A stretch of DNA of 64,000 nt, from assembly GCA_030704615.1 (NCBI GenBank), contig CM060732.1:33480001-33544000 (forward strand), written 5' to 3'. The notes beneath the pieces were generated by a model that saw only the letters and a program-made list of their open reading frames with translations, searched no databases and was not told the origin of the DNA. Of the stretch, positions 25,801 through 37,776 are shown piece after piece; position 1 is the stretch's first letter, and every line of letters starts with the position of its first letter. The translations under genes and the position numbers were made by a program. Source of the stretch: Takakia lepidozioides (taxonomy: Eukaryota; Plantae; Bryophyta).

Positions 25801-26392
25801 CCTGCACCAACCTCCCCAATGCCTACTCTATCGTAATCTCGTTGCAAGTCCTCCCGTCCACCAACAAAAGATTTAAGTTTGCCCTCTCGCCCCAAGTTGG
25901 GCGATTCAAACATGCGATGAGTTGGAGCTGTCGATGATACCACCAGCGTGCCGGGCTCGTCGTCACTCTGTGATTGACAAAAATCGTGAACACCAACAGT
26001 GGTGCAAAAAGCAGCAGCGCAACCACCATAGCAGCAATCATGTAGCAAAAATGAAAACATAACAAGTTTAGGAAGTATGGAGAGCCATGCAACAACAATG
26101 AAAACAAATGCAACCATTGCCTAAGAATGACATGCACAAGCAGCCTTCTCCAGAGCTGCCGGATTTGCACACGCATTGCAAACAATCTAAGGTTCAGTCA
26201 ACTATCTAAAGTTCACTCATAAAGCAAAGCCAGGATGAAGATGCAGAAACAAAGCGAGGTAACGAAGCGAAAGCAAAAAAGAAATCGAACAAACCGAAAG
26301 CAGAAGTGGCTTGCCTGAGAGTACTCGGCTTCAGTTGGCGCAGGTTGTGAGCAAGACACTGGAATCTCCTGCTGGAGCTTCAGTTTGGCCAT
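19878..26392 (-). CDS. Multi-exon ParB-like N-terminal domain + beta-class amino (N4C/N6A) DNA methyltransferase-fold protein
   Basis: ParB/Srx-like LRIPLCRL...VRP...IDKLKFSF...FYVWDGNHRLLAW (DGNHR at 24667-24681). MTase motif IV-like DMILLDIPDG (21346-21375). RSPAFIQTLMETCSDVQGRILDLTCGTG|ASMWAGTLSDRHVFAFEPD corresponds to motifs X-I-II of the N6_N4_Mtase family. GT-AG introns join the exons in frame (e.g. VYE|MPST). There are two apparent frameshifts, at about 25350 and in a C8 run at 21396-21403. The start codon is tentative. Confidence 0.85.
22250..23240. repeat. Intronic tandem array, 95-bp unit (190-bp dimer), about 10 units, each with GGCGCCGAATTTCC
   Basis: Near-identical ORFs start at 22356, 22546, 22736 and 22926. 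The unit also holds an inverted pair GGCTAAGTCCCT / AGGGACTTAGCC. The array lies between exons ...AAMRLLYR| and |YCKFSLL.... Confidence 0.95.
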
Positions 26393-26710
26393 GCGAGAGA
26401 TTGGCCGTCGTCCGTAGTACAGAGCTTTCAACTTCCGCCGCGGTCTGGATCTGAGGTCTCTCTCAGGAGAGCCACGCCCTTCAGGCGGCATAAGTCCCAG
26501 CCAAAAAGATCTCCTTTTTTGGGGTACATGCCTGGAATACCATGTTAAGCCAAGTATAGCATGAGATTTAGGGTACGTGTCCAGGAAGCCATGCGTCGCC
26601 AGCCCGAATAATAAGCGACGGCCGTCGACATTTATTGCCCAACTGCGCAATTAAATGTCGGATGAAGCCCTCCATGTCGGAAGAAAATAGACGAAAACAG
26701 TCCCGGAATT

Positions 26711-27480
26711 TCCCTCACGCAGGTAATTCGGAAGCGCGCGGATGGAAATCCGGCGCCGAATTTCCATCCGCGCAGGTAGGGCGGTTCGCCAAATTTCCTT
26801 CAAGCAGGTAATTCGGATGCGCGCGGATGGAAATCCGGCGCCGAATTTCCATCCGCGCAGGTAATTCGGATGCGCGCGGATGGAAATCCGGCGCCGAATT
26901 TCCATCCGCGCAGGTAATTCGGATGCGCCCGGATGGAAATCCGGCGCCGAATTTCCATCCGCGCAGGTAGGGCGGTGCGCCAAATTTCCTTCAAGCAGGT
27001 AATTCGGATGCGCGCGGATGGAAATCCGGCGCCGAATTTCCATCCGCGCAGGTAATTCGGATGCGCGCGGATGGAAATCCGGCGCCGAATTTCCATCCGC
27101 GCAGGTAATTCGGATGCGCCCGGATGGAAATCCGGCGCCGAATTTCCATCCGCGCAGGTAGGGCGGTGCGCCAAATTTCCGTCAAGCAGGTAATTCGGAT
27201 GCGCGCGGATGGAAATCCGGCGCCGAATTTCCATCCGCGCAGGTAATTCGGATGCGCCCGGATGGAAATCCGGCGCCGAATTTCCATCCGCGCAGGTAGA
27301 GCGGTGCGCCAAATTTCCTTCAAGCAGGTAATTCGGATGCGCGCGGATGGAAATCCGGCGCCGAATTTCCATCCGCGCAGGTAGGGCGGTTCGCCAAATT
27401 TCCTTCAAGCAGGTAATTCGGCGCCGAATTTCCATCCTGCAGGTAACTCGGATCGGTGCCATATGGATATTCGGCGCCGA
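26711..27480. repeat. Tandem array of a 53-bp unit (plus a 32-bp interspersed unit) built on GCGGATGGAAATCCGGCGCCGAATTTCCATCCGC
   Basis: Direct reading. Each unit is a near-perfect long palindrome followed by GCAGGTA. Confidence 0.95.
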
Positions 27481-27870
27481 ATTTCGATTCGCCATTTATT
27501 TCTGAGCGAGGAATTACCTCCGTGCAGGTAATTCCCATATAAGAATTACCTTCGTGCAGGTAATTCACATACAGGAATTACCTTCATGCAGGTAATTTCC
27601 AGATGAGAATTACCTTTGTGCAGGTAATTCTGGACGAGGAATAAACATCGATTGGAATTACCTGCAGGAAGGTAATTGTCATCTGGAAATTACCTGCACA
27701 AAGGTAATTCTTGTATGCGAATTACCTGCACGAAGGTAATTCTTATATGGGAATTACCTGCACGAAGGTAATTCCTCGCTCAGAAATAAATGGCGAGTGG
27801 AAATCCGGCGCCGAATATCCATACGGCACTGATCCGACTTACCTGCTGGATGGAAATTCGGCGCCGAATT
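27420..27870. repeat. Large inverted repeat (about 200-bp arms, about 25-bp spacer) at the symmetry centre between the two divergent MULE-B genes
   Basis: tcgccatttatttctgagcgaggaattacct... mirrors ...aggtaattcctcgctcagaaataaatggcga. Each arm has four GAATTACCT-nnn-GCAGGTAATT units. Confidence 0.9.
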
Positions 27871-28930
27871 TCCATTCATCCACGATTCGAATTACCTGCA
27901 GGATGGAAATTCGGCGCCGAATATCCATATGGCACCGATCCGACTTACCTGCTGGATGGAAATTCGGCGCGGAATTTCCATTCATCCATGATTCGAATTA
28001 CCTGCAGGATGGAAATTCGGCGCCGAATATCCATATGGCACCGATCCGACTTACCTGCTGGATGGAAATTCGGCGCCGAATTTCCATTCATCCATGATTC
28101 GAATTACCTGCAGGATGGAAATTCGGCGCCGAATATCCATATGGCACCGATCCGACTTACCTGCTGGATGGAAATTCGGCGCCGAATTTCCATTCATCCA
28201 TGATTCGAATTACCTGCAGGATGGAAATTCGGCGCCGAATATCCATATGGCACCGATCCGACTTACCTGCTGGATGGAAATTCGGCGCCGAATTTCCATT
28301 CATCCATGATTCGAATTACCTGCAGGATGGAAATTCGGCGCCGAATATCCATATGGCACCGATCCGACTTACCTGCTGGATGGAAATTCGGCGCCGAATT
28401 TCCATTCATCCACGATTCGAATTACCTGCAGGATGGAATTCGGCGCCGAATATCCATATGGCACCGATCCGACTTACCTGCTGGATGGAAATTCGGCGCG
28501 GAATTTCCATTCATCCATGATTCGAATTACCTGCAGGATGGAAATTCGGCGCCGAATATCCATATGGCACCGATCCGACTTACCTGCTGGATGGAAATTC
28601 GGCGCCGAATTTCCATTCATCCACGATTCGAATTACCTGCAGGATGGAAATTCGGCGCCGAATATCCATATGGCACCGATCCGACTTACCTGCTGGATGG
28701 AAATTCGGCGCCGAATTTCCATTCATCCACGATTCGAATTACCTGCAGGATGGAAATTCGGCGCCGAATATCCATATGGCACCGATCCGACTTACCTGCT
28801 GGATGGAAATTCGGCGCCGAATTTCCATTCATCCACGATTCGAATTACCTGCAGGATGGAAATTCGGCGCCGAATCTCCATCCATCCGAGATTCCACTTA
28901 CCTGCTGGATGGAAATTCGGCGCCGAATCT
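27800..28930. repeat. Tandem array of a 106-bp unit (2 x 53 bp), about 10 copies, two GGAAATTCGGCGCCGAAT sites per unit
   Basis: ORFs with identical starts at 28094, 28200 and 28306. The units are nearly homogeneous. Confidence 0.95.
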
Positions 28931-29600
28931 CCATCCGGGGGATGGTCTCTGTCGGAGAGGTGCCGCCTCTCCGCCGCTCTGTTGGATATTCGGTGCCGAA
29001 TTTCCGTCCCGGGGTTGAAATATGACTGCCAGGTTCCGACCTCTCCCCCCTCCCCGACTTCATTGGAACGGCCCCGAATTGAAATTCGGCGCCGTTTTCT
29101 CATTTGTGGAGGTTTTTATGTCGGCCAGTTTTCGCTCTGACACGCCGACAACACTTCCTTTGGGGGGGCCCGGATGGAAATTCGGCGCCGAATGGCCGTC
29201 CAGGGGATGTTCTCTGTCGCACACTGGCCGGCCTCTGTGCCCCAGGCGACTTCATCCGGGCGTCCCCTGTTCGATATTCGTTGCCGAATTTCCGTCCGGG
29301 GGTTGAAATGTGACAGCCAACTGCAGGCCACTCCCCCCTCCCCGACTGCATCCGAATCGCCCCGGATGGAAATTCGGCGCCGTTTTTCCATCTGGGGATG
29401 TTTTTATGCCGTCCAGTTTTCGGCCTGACCCCCGACACGACTCCCTTTGGGGGACCGGATGGAAATTCGGCGCCGAATCTCCATCCAGAAGATGTTATCT
29501 GTCGCACACACTCCGGCCTCTGCGCCCGAGGCGACTTCATCCGGGCTTCCTCTGTTGGATGTTGGGTGCCGAATTTCCATTCGGGGGTAGTAATGTGACG
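28905..29600. repeat. Older, degenerate 260-290-bp repeat (about 2.5 copies) retaining the same palindrome core
   Basis: ggatggaaattcggcgccgaat...tctgtcg occurs at about 28907, 29172 and 29457. Confidence 0.75.
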
Positions 29601-29882
29601 GCACGGTGCCGGCTTATCCCCTTCAGCCGTCATCATCCGGACGGCCCCCCACTTTCTGACTGCATACCGTTGGCAGTTATTGCGCAAAGACGAGGGCCGC
29701 ATTCCGGAGACAAGGTTCATTAACACTCTGACTGTGGATTTTTGAGATAGTTGGCTCCCTGGATTTGGATCAGGCTTCGTCGCTCGGACAAATCGGCATC
29801 GCATTCATTCCCATCGCTGCACCCCCTTCTACCAGGGAGCTTCCCCGCACGCCATCCTGGCAGTCTTGTGTGCACATCTCCC

Positions 29883-31542
29883 ATGGCGGAAAACCCGAGC
29901 GCTACAGTGTACTGCCCTCCTCACGAGCATAGAGCTTCATTTCCGTGCAGAGGGGACACCTGCCGGGTGATGGAGAAATATCTGTGCGTTCGATACCACC
30001 TGAAACCGGGGTCGGTTTTTTTGGAGGAGGAAAGGAAGGACTCAAACGGCCTTGTTGTCGAGAGTATTGTTGTGCTCCACGATGATTTCGGCGATGGCAG
30101 GGAATGGCGAGTTTCCACCATCGGACAGCGTCATATACAGGCTGTTGGGGACTTCATTTGCCCGCCAAATGCACCGTCTATCCTGGCGCCTTCCACGAAA
30201 CAATCCGCGAATCAGAGTGGGTACCTCAAAGAGAGAAGTCCGCAACGAAGTAAATCCAGAGCCGAACCCATCCATGAAGACGACCGAGAACCGGTTGTTC
30301 ACAACCTGTCCGACTCAGACGAGGTCATGGAAGTTCCGAGGTCGTCCTGGAGATCAGGCAAGTCCTCAATGGACGTCAGTGGAGGAGGGAGTCATATTCC
30401 CAGCACGAGCACCGCAGTTCGATCTATTCTAGAAATTCTGCGAGGGCTTCACCTGAAAGGACACCGGTCGGAGCTGGCCGGGCTGGACTACAGCAAGTTC
30501 GCAATTAAATCGGTTACATGCCTTCCCGCCGACGTCGACGGTAATGTCTTCTTTGAGTTCCCTCCTCGGGCGGACTACTCGAGGGCGTCCGGAATGTTGA
30601 CAGATATGGATAGAAAACATGACGGTCATCCTTGGTGCGTTACCAAAACCACCAGCATGAAGATGCTTGATGGTGTGCGGGTGCGCTACGTTGTTTGTGC
30701 GGGCGCGTTGCGGTGTTTCTCCCCACTTGCTTCCACTTTAAATCCAGAGGTCACAGGAACGAGACCGATTGGACAGGCACAGCTCACCAACCATTTCGAG
30801 CTCAGGAGAAGGTTCCGAACTCCACATTTAAGTGTGCGCATTGCAAAGAACCACCACACTGCATGTCTGTTTGTAATGCCAAGCAGTTCTATGTGTTGCA
30901 CCGTTTCCCTGACCTCACCCGAGCTTGCATACACGTTGGTTCCCATTGTCACAAATTGGCGAGGGGGAACTCGCGGGAGGCTGCCCACGAAGCAGAGCAG
31001 CTCGTTCAGGAGGAGGTTAAGTTGAGACCGGGTGCCAAACCCAAACAGATACAGCTCCAAGCCGCCCATAAGATGGCATTGGCCAGAATTATGTCGGAAG
31101 ACGGCTCGGATAGAGTTCCTCTCGACGAGAAGGAAATGGAGGCATTGCTCGAGTCGGTGTCCCACGTATGTTCACCGAATGTCCGAAACCACATTGTCTC
31201 TTGCAAACAGAAAATTGGGCGTGGCTCGGATATGCACTCCATTCTGGAGGTGAAGCGACGATGTGGATATGACTACATTCATGGAAGTAGGTTTCCAGGA
31301 CAAGGGACTGAGGCAGATCGTTGTTTCGTATTCAAAATGTCCACGTGTGGACCTGGCAGTGGCGTCGAACTGGTCGACAGGATGACGAGTGGGAACTTGT
31401 CAAACAGTTGGGTCATGTTCGACCATATCAAGCGAATTACAAATCACCAGTGGGTTACAATGGGTGCACATGTCTACGACACCCACTGCAGGATGCTAAT
31501 GACAATTGCTATTTGTGAGATGAAAGGAGAGGACACACAATC
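29883..31542 (+). CDS. MULE-B transposase, 5' part (GCM/WRKY-like zinc DNA-binding region and first catalytic Asp), interrupted by an LTR element
   Basis: DGHPW...VCAGALRC...C...FKCAHCKEPPHCMSVCNAK...ACIHVGSHCH; WVMFDHIKR; AICEMKGEDTQS joins in frame to EMLLW at 38503 after removing the LTR element and one TSD. One frameshift near 30720. Confidence 0.85.
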
Positions 31543-32263
31543 TGTCGCGGCCCTTTGCCTTGAGGGCAGGGGGTCGGGACACATGAGGGGCTGCCCCTGT
31601 GGTGGGGGCAGCGGCGGCGATAGGTATGGGGGGCTGAAGCACCCTTGAGTGCCCAAGGCACTCAAGGAGGCGGAGGCGCTCACTAGGTGGAGCCCCGCAC
31701 ACCGGGTTGCGGTAGAGGTGGCTCCACAAGGGGTGGTGGTAGCTTAGTGGGACTTAGTGGGGGTGGCATAGGACTCACCATGGGGTGGAGACCTCGAGGT
31801 GGGAGTCGTGGGGAGTCTTGGGACTCATCACGGTCCATTGGGGCCGCGGTGAGTGGGCCAAGACTCACCGCGACTCACCACCGGGAGTCGAGGGTTTTCG
31901 TGGTGGTTCGCCATAAAATGGCATGGCTGGTTATGAAACCCCCGCGGACAGCTACAGAAGTATATATAGGGAGTAGTAACCCCGAGAACGGTGCAAGCCC
32001 GTTGGTGACCAAAACTAGTGAGTAAGCGAGCGAGCCGGAAAGCGACCAAAGAGTGGGGAGCTGTTCCGGACTGCCATCTACCAAAGGGAATTCTCCTAGT
32101 CCCAAATAGGTGGAGGGTTTAGAGGGAAGCGAAGGGGACCGTTATGTCCCGGTGAGCAGCCGAAACTCCAAGTTGGCCCGCGGCCAGGTTGGGAGTCAGG
32201 CGCGCGCATCAAAGCGAGTAACTATGACTTGAAGGGGAGTTTATCGAATCGAGGTGTGCGACA
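31543..32263 (+). repeat. 5' LTR (721 bp)
   Basis: Near-identical to 37777-38497, with TG...CA termini. Confidence 0.96.
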
Positions 32264-32265
32264 CT

Positions 32266-32277
32266 TGGTATCAGAGC
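32266..32277 (+). promoter_or_regulatory. Primer-binding site, tRNA-iMet
   Basis: TGGTATCAGAGC 2 bp after the LTR end. Confidence 0.95.
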
Positions 32278-32318
32278 TTAGAGTTCAGTACGCGATCGTC
32301 CTTGGGATTGGCCTCATC

Positions 32319-35300
32319 ATGGGGTCGGGCAAGCCGAAGCGAAAGCGGAACGGCCCAAAAGATGATGACCCCGGTGAGCCCGATGGGGGCGACGTGTCAC
32401 CGAGGCGGCCGTTTGAGGAAGCGATTAATGTTTCCGAAAACGAGGCCGCTCAGGAGCGGGAGGAATCCGAGGAGTCGGAGCCCGAGGAATCTTTGAGAGC
32501 TCCGACAAACCAAGAGATGCCTCCCATGCCGGCAGCCTTTTGGGAAGGGTTGTTGGCGCAGTTGGCGGGACGTTGAAAGACGTGTTGAAGGCGGCTAATG
32601 CCACTTCCACCAAGGCAAAGTTTAAGGTGAAGCCTAAGGAACCCGCACCTTCGAGGGCGTTCGAAACCGGAAGGCACTCAACACCTGGCTCCTGGAGCTA
32701 GAGCAGTACTTCCGGGCGCCAAGTTGAGTGACGAGGATCGGGTGGAAGTGGCTCCCACCTATTTGAGGGGCTATGCTCAACAATGGTGGCAGAAACGCCT
32801 TCACGACCGAGGCCCAAGCCCGGAAACCTTGAACTGGAGTGAGTTCAAGGAATTGATGAAGAGACAGTTTGTGCCCCTCAACGCATCCTGGCTTGCCCGG
32901 GACAAGATGAGGAATTTGAAGCAAACAGATGACATTCGGGGGTATGTCCAGGCTTTCAATGTGCTGTTGCTCGAAGTCGCGGACATGGCAGAACCAGAAA
33001 TGGTCTTCAACTTTGTGGCGGGACTGGCCCCATGGGCTAGGCGGAAGTTGGAGGAGAAGCCACCCAAGACTTTGAACGAGGCAATTGAGAGAGCTGAATG
33101 TTTCTCGGATGTCCCTAGGGGTGAGAGACAAGGCCGTACGGAGCTGAACCACAAGAAGACCCGGCGGGAAGGTGACTCCTCCCGACCGGAAAAGAAGTGG
33201 GATAGGCCACGCGGCGAAAATGGCACGTGGAAATCGAAGGGAGGTCCCTCACACTCAAGGCGGCACCCGGTGCTTCGAAAGGAAAAGCGGGTGGAGCGAC
33301 TTATGGCGGACAGAAGGCGACCTTTGATGGAGTGTGTTTCAATTGCGGGGAGCCCGGGCACATGGCCAAGAAGTGCACGAAGCCCCGGCAATTGAACATG
33401 ACTCGGGCGACCACGGAGCTGTCGAAGATACCATCAGTCGCTTGGTGGAAGCGGTGGTCGCCAGGACTTGCAAGGTAGGCAATTTTCTTGTGAGTTGTAT
33501 CAGGAAACTGGCGCCTTACGAAAAGGGAGTCAGTTATTGTTCGTGGATGGGATAATATCCGGAACTAATGTGTCGTTGTTGGTGGACACAGGAGCGTCGC
33601 ACTCCTTCATGACGCCGGCGGCGGCGCGAAAGTTGGGACTCCCGACAAGTGACGGGGGGCCTCTATTGAGGTGCGCTCTGCCAAAGGAGAACCTCAGTTG
33701 GCGACAAGGTTGGCGTTTGATGTTCCTCTTCAACTGGGGAGTTGGGAGGGACGTGAGAACTTCACTATCTGCGAGATCGATGGAGTGGATCTCATTTTGG
33801 GAATGACCTTTTTTGAGCAAATCCGGAGCGGTCATAGATGGCCACAAGAGAGTAGTCACGCTGCCATTGGGAATGGTGGCGAGGTTTTACGAGTGTCGGA
33901 AACGCCCAAATCCGTGGGAGGGCGAATAAACCTTCTATCAGCAAAGGAGTGGGCCGTGGAGGAGACACACGAGTCCCAGTTTTTGCTTTACATTAGAGAA
34001 GTGAAAGGAGAAGGCGATGGGGAGCCGAGCCAGATTGATCAAGGGATTTTGGAGAAATACCAGGATGTGATGCCGGAGGATTTACCAAGCGCTTGCCACC
34101 GCGCGAAGAGGAGTTGACCACAAAATTGAGGTGATACCGGGATCGGAACCGCCTGCCAAGGCGCCCTACCGGTTGAGCCACAAAGAGTTGGTCGAGCTGA
34201 AGACTCAGCTCAAAGATCTAATGTCAAAGGGGTACATCCGGCCGAGTAAGTCACCTTACGGAGCCCCGGTGCTATTTGCAGACAAGAAGGATGGGACGCT
34301 GCGGATGTGTGTCGATTACAGGGCTCTGAATAAGGTGACTATCAAAAACCGTACCCTTTGCCAAGGATCGACGACCTCTTCGATCGGTTGGCAGGAGCGA
34401 AGTATTTCAGCCGGATCGACTTGCGCTCCGGCTATCACCAAATTCGGGTGGCGAAGGAGATGAGGAGAAGACCGCGTGCAGGACAAGGTATGGTTCATAT
34501 GAGTTCTTGGTGATGCCTTTTGGGCTCACCAATGCACCAGCGACATTTAGCACGCTGATGAACAGCCTTTTCCAGGAGTGGTTGGATGACTTTTGTGATC
34601 GTGTACATCGACGACATCTTGGTGTACTCGAAAACAAAGGAGGAGCACCTGGAGCACCTCAAAAGGGTGTTCCAAAAATTGCGAGAAGGGAAGCTGTATG
34701 CCAAAGCTTCAAAGTGCGAATTCGGGTCACAAAAGTGGAGTTCTTGGGGCACGTGATTACACAGGATGGGATCAAAATGGATGACAGAAAGGTGAGGGCG
34801 ATCTTGGACTGGGAGCCTCCGACTTCGGTCCCGGGAGTGCGATCCTTCCTAGGACTCGCCTCCTATTACCGGAAGTATGTGAGAAATTTCGCCAAGATCG
34901 CGGGGCCGCTGTCGGACCTTCTGTGTAAATCCAAAGTCTGGGTATGGAACACATTTTGTGGCCAAGCTTTTGCTGAATTGAAGCAGCGGATGACGGAAGC
35001 TCCAGTCTTAAAAATCCCGGAGTTCGATCGTCCGTTTGAGATTCATACAGATGCATCGGACTTCGCAATTGGGGGTGTACTTATGCAAGATGGACGTCCA
35101 GTGGCTTACGAAAGTAAGAAACTGAATGAAGTGGAGCGACGGTGGCCGACGCACGAAAAAGAGATGAAGGCGGTGGTACATTGCCTTGAACTCTGGCGCC
35201 ACTATGTTGGTTCCAACCCAGTGAAGGTGTTCACGGACAATGTCACGGTGAAGTATTTTGCCACGCAGCCCAAGTTGTCCCCAAAACAACTTAGGTGGCA

Positions 35301-36871
35301 AGATACTTTGGCAGTGTTCGACGTGGATATCCAGTACAAACCGGACGGGACAATGTGTGGCCGATGCTTTAAGTAGAAAGCAGCAGCTCTTGTTGGTGTA
35401 CAAGGGCGAGACGGCGCTCCAAAGGAAGATCCGGAAGGCTTGCCGAAGGATGAGCTGGCAAAGTGCGTGATGCAGACTTGAGAATGGGGGTTAAATCGCA
35501 GTTCCTTGCAAAAACGGACTGCTCCGGTATAAGCAAAAACGTCTCTATGTGCCAAAGGGAGGGATCAGGGATAGTCTCTTGAGAGAATGCCATGATAGCC
35601 CGCTTGCGGGCCACGGTGGAGCCAAGCGCACTGCGGCACTCTTGAAGAAAGAGTATTTCTGGCCCAAACTGAGGGAGGAGGCAGAGGAGTATGTAAAGAC
35701 ATGCACCACATGCCAACAAAACCGGAGCGAGTATAAAAAGCAAGCGGGGCTGTTACAACCCTTGGCCGATTCCAGAGGGGACTTGGGAAAGCGTCTCGAT
35801 GGATTTCATGACTGCTATGCCGCTGTCAAAAGGATTCGATGCAATCATGGTGGTGGTAGATAGGTTCAGTAAAATGGCCCATTTCATCCCCACCAAGGAG
35901 ACGGCTACTGCGCAGGAGACAGGGCGACTTTACTTCGCCCACGTCTTAAAGCATCATGGAGTCCCGAAGGATATTGTCTCGGACGCGCGACCCAAAGTTT
36001 ACGAGTAAATTCTGGAGAGCACTTTGGAAGAAGATGGGGACGAGGCTGAAGATGAGCACCGCCTTCCGACCTACGACGGACGGCCAAACGAAAGAGTGAA
36101 TTCCGTAGTGAAGCAATTCTTGCGGAATTACGTGTCGGCAGACCAATCAAACACTTAGACGCGGCATAGTTCTGTTATAATAACACATAACACTCCGCGA
36201 CGGAGTTTCCCCTTTTGTGTTGGTCTATGGAAAAGCACCTCTGGTGCCGACAAGTTGGGCCGCCCAGGACGTTGAGGAACCGGCAGTAGCGGCGGTACTG
36301 GAAGAACGCGAGCGTTTGTTGAAGCTCGCAAAGTACAACATTGCCAAAGCTAGGAAACGGTATGAAAGGCAGGCGAATCGGAAGCGGAGGGTAGTGAAGT
36401 TTTGAGGCAGGCACAGAGTCTGGTTGAACATCAAGAATTTTCGACTACCTCCGGAAATGAGTCCGAATTCGTACCTCCGTATGCGGGTCCCTTTCGCATT
36501 CGGAGGGTGTATGATGGATGCATGTGTAGATTGAGCTCCAGCAAACAGCAAGGTGCACCCAGTATTCCATGTCTCCCTTTTTAAGCCTTACTTCAAAGAT
36601 GAAGCACGTCCGAATCGGCAGCAAGTGTTGCGTCCGCCACCTATGCTGTTGGATCAATGAAAATGAACCCGAGTACGAGGTGGAGGCAATACTTAAGTCG
36701 ATGAGGTTCAAGAAACCGAGAAACGGAGTATCTCGTCAAATGGACGGCTATCAATCTTGTGGAGGCATCTTGGTGCGTGCCTCAGAAATGGGAACCGCAT
36801 CAGAAATGGGAAACGCATCCGAGGCAGTTGCAGCGTTCGAAGGGCGACCTCAAAAGCGGAAGAAGCGTTGA
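32319..36871 (+). pseudogene. gag-pol with many 1-bp frameshifts (CCHC knuckle, protease, RT, RNase H, integrase, chromodomain)
   Basis: CFNCGEPGHMAKKC; LVDTGASHSF; [11 protein letters not shown]; YIDD; [10 protein letters not shown]; H-H-C-C integrase; GPF; EYEVEAILK...EYLVKW. Confidence 0.95.
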
Positions 36872-37776
36872 TGGGGACATCAACCTTGGAGCGTGGGGGA
36901 GGAAATGCATGCTTAGCCCGGTTTAGCTAGCTCAGGAATCCGATTGCAAAAACTTGTATTGTACAAAAATTTGTGATAAAGGAAATGGGTTCCAAATATT
37001 GTGCGTCCTATTGTGTTTGGAATGGTGATGCATGGTGTGGTTGGCTGGTGTGTAGAATGCATGCTAGCTTACAAAAGTGGGAGAGGTAAATTGGGTTAAT
37101 CGTGTGTTTGCGCAGTGCCGAAATCGGTGACTCCCATCCAAGGGGCAAGGAAACTTGCGCCTTATTTGGGAGTTCAAGTGCTAGTGCGCACCTGGCGCGT
37201 GCGCGTACTATAACTGCGCTACCGAGGGGGTTGCCTTGTAGTGCGGGCTAACGCGGAAGCTACGTGCTTCCGTTCACGTACTATAATCGTGTAGCCTCGG
37301 GACGAAGTCGTAGTGCGGCTTCGGCGTGTTCCCGTACCTCAGGCCAGCATTCCAAGGCGGACCCAATTGTAGTGATTGGGGCGCACGGTTGGTTCAAGGT
37401 TATCTTCCTAGTCAAAGAGGGTTCCAGGTGAACCCTTGCTCAAGGTGATGCCAAAAGCGGCATCATGAGCGATCGCAAGCAATGTTGTTGCAGTAAGGCG
37501 ATTCGATCCTCGGGGAGGATCGTTCCTTGGCCTTGAAGTAGGCCAAGAAGAGTGCACTGGGAGGAGCTGGAGAGGCTCCACCCTTGGCCGGGACTTGGAG
37601 GAAGTCGGCCGAACTAGCTAGTGGAGAGTGGAGTCAAGTGTGGGGTTTGGTTCTTTGCCATGGGACGCCATGGTACGGAAACAAACTCCTTGATGTGGGA
37701 CGCCACAACTTGGATGTTCGTTTCTACAAAATGGACAAGTCGATGAGGACATCGACTCCCTGTTGGTAGGGGTGTG

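Noticed and set aside
19878-26392. Bacterial or phage contamination as the source of the ParB-MTase
   Set aside because: The gene has GT-AG introns conserved with a paralog, including one inside the SAM-binding motif, and it lies inside a TSD-bounded plant transposon nest.
26711-28930. CRISPR array (regularly spaced palindromic repeats)
   Set aside because: The intervening sequences are themselves repeated rather than unique spacers, there are no cas genes, and the context is eukaryotic.
22261-29140. Many ORFs in the arrays (MEIRRRISI..., MAKSLDGN...)
   Set aside because: They are by-products of stop-poor tandem repeats, open in several frames and on both strands, in intronic or intergenic position.
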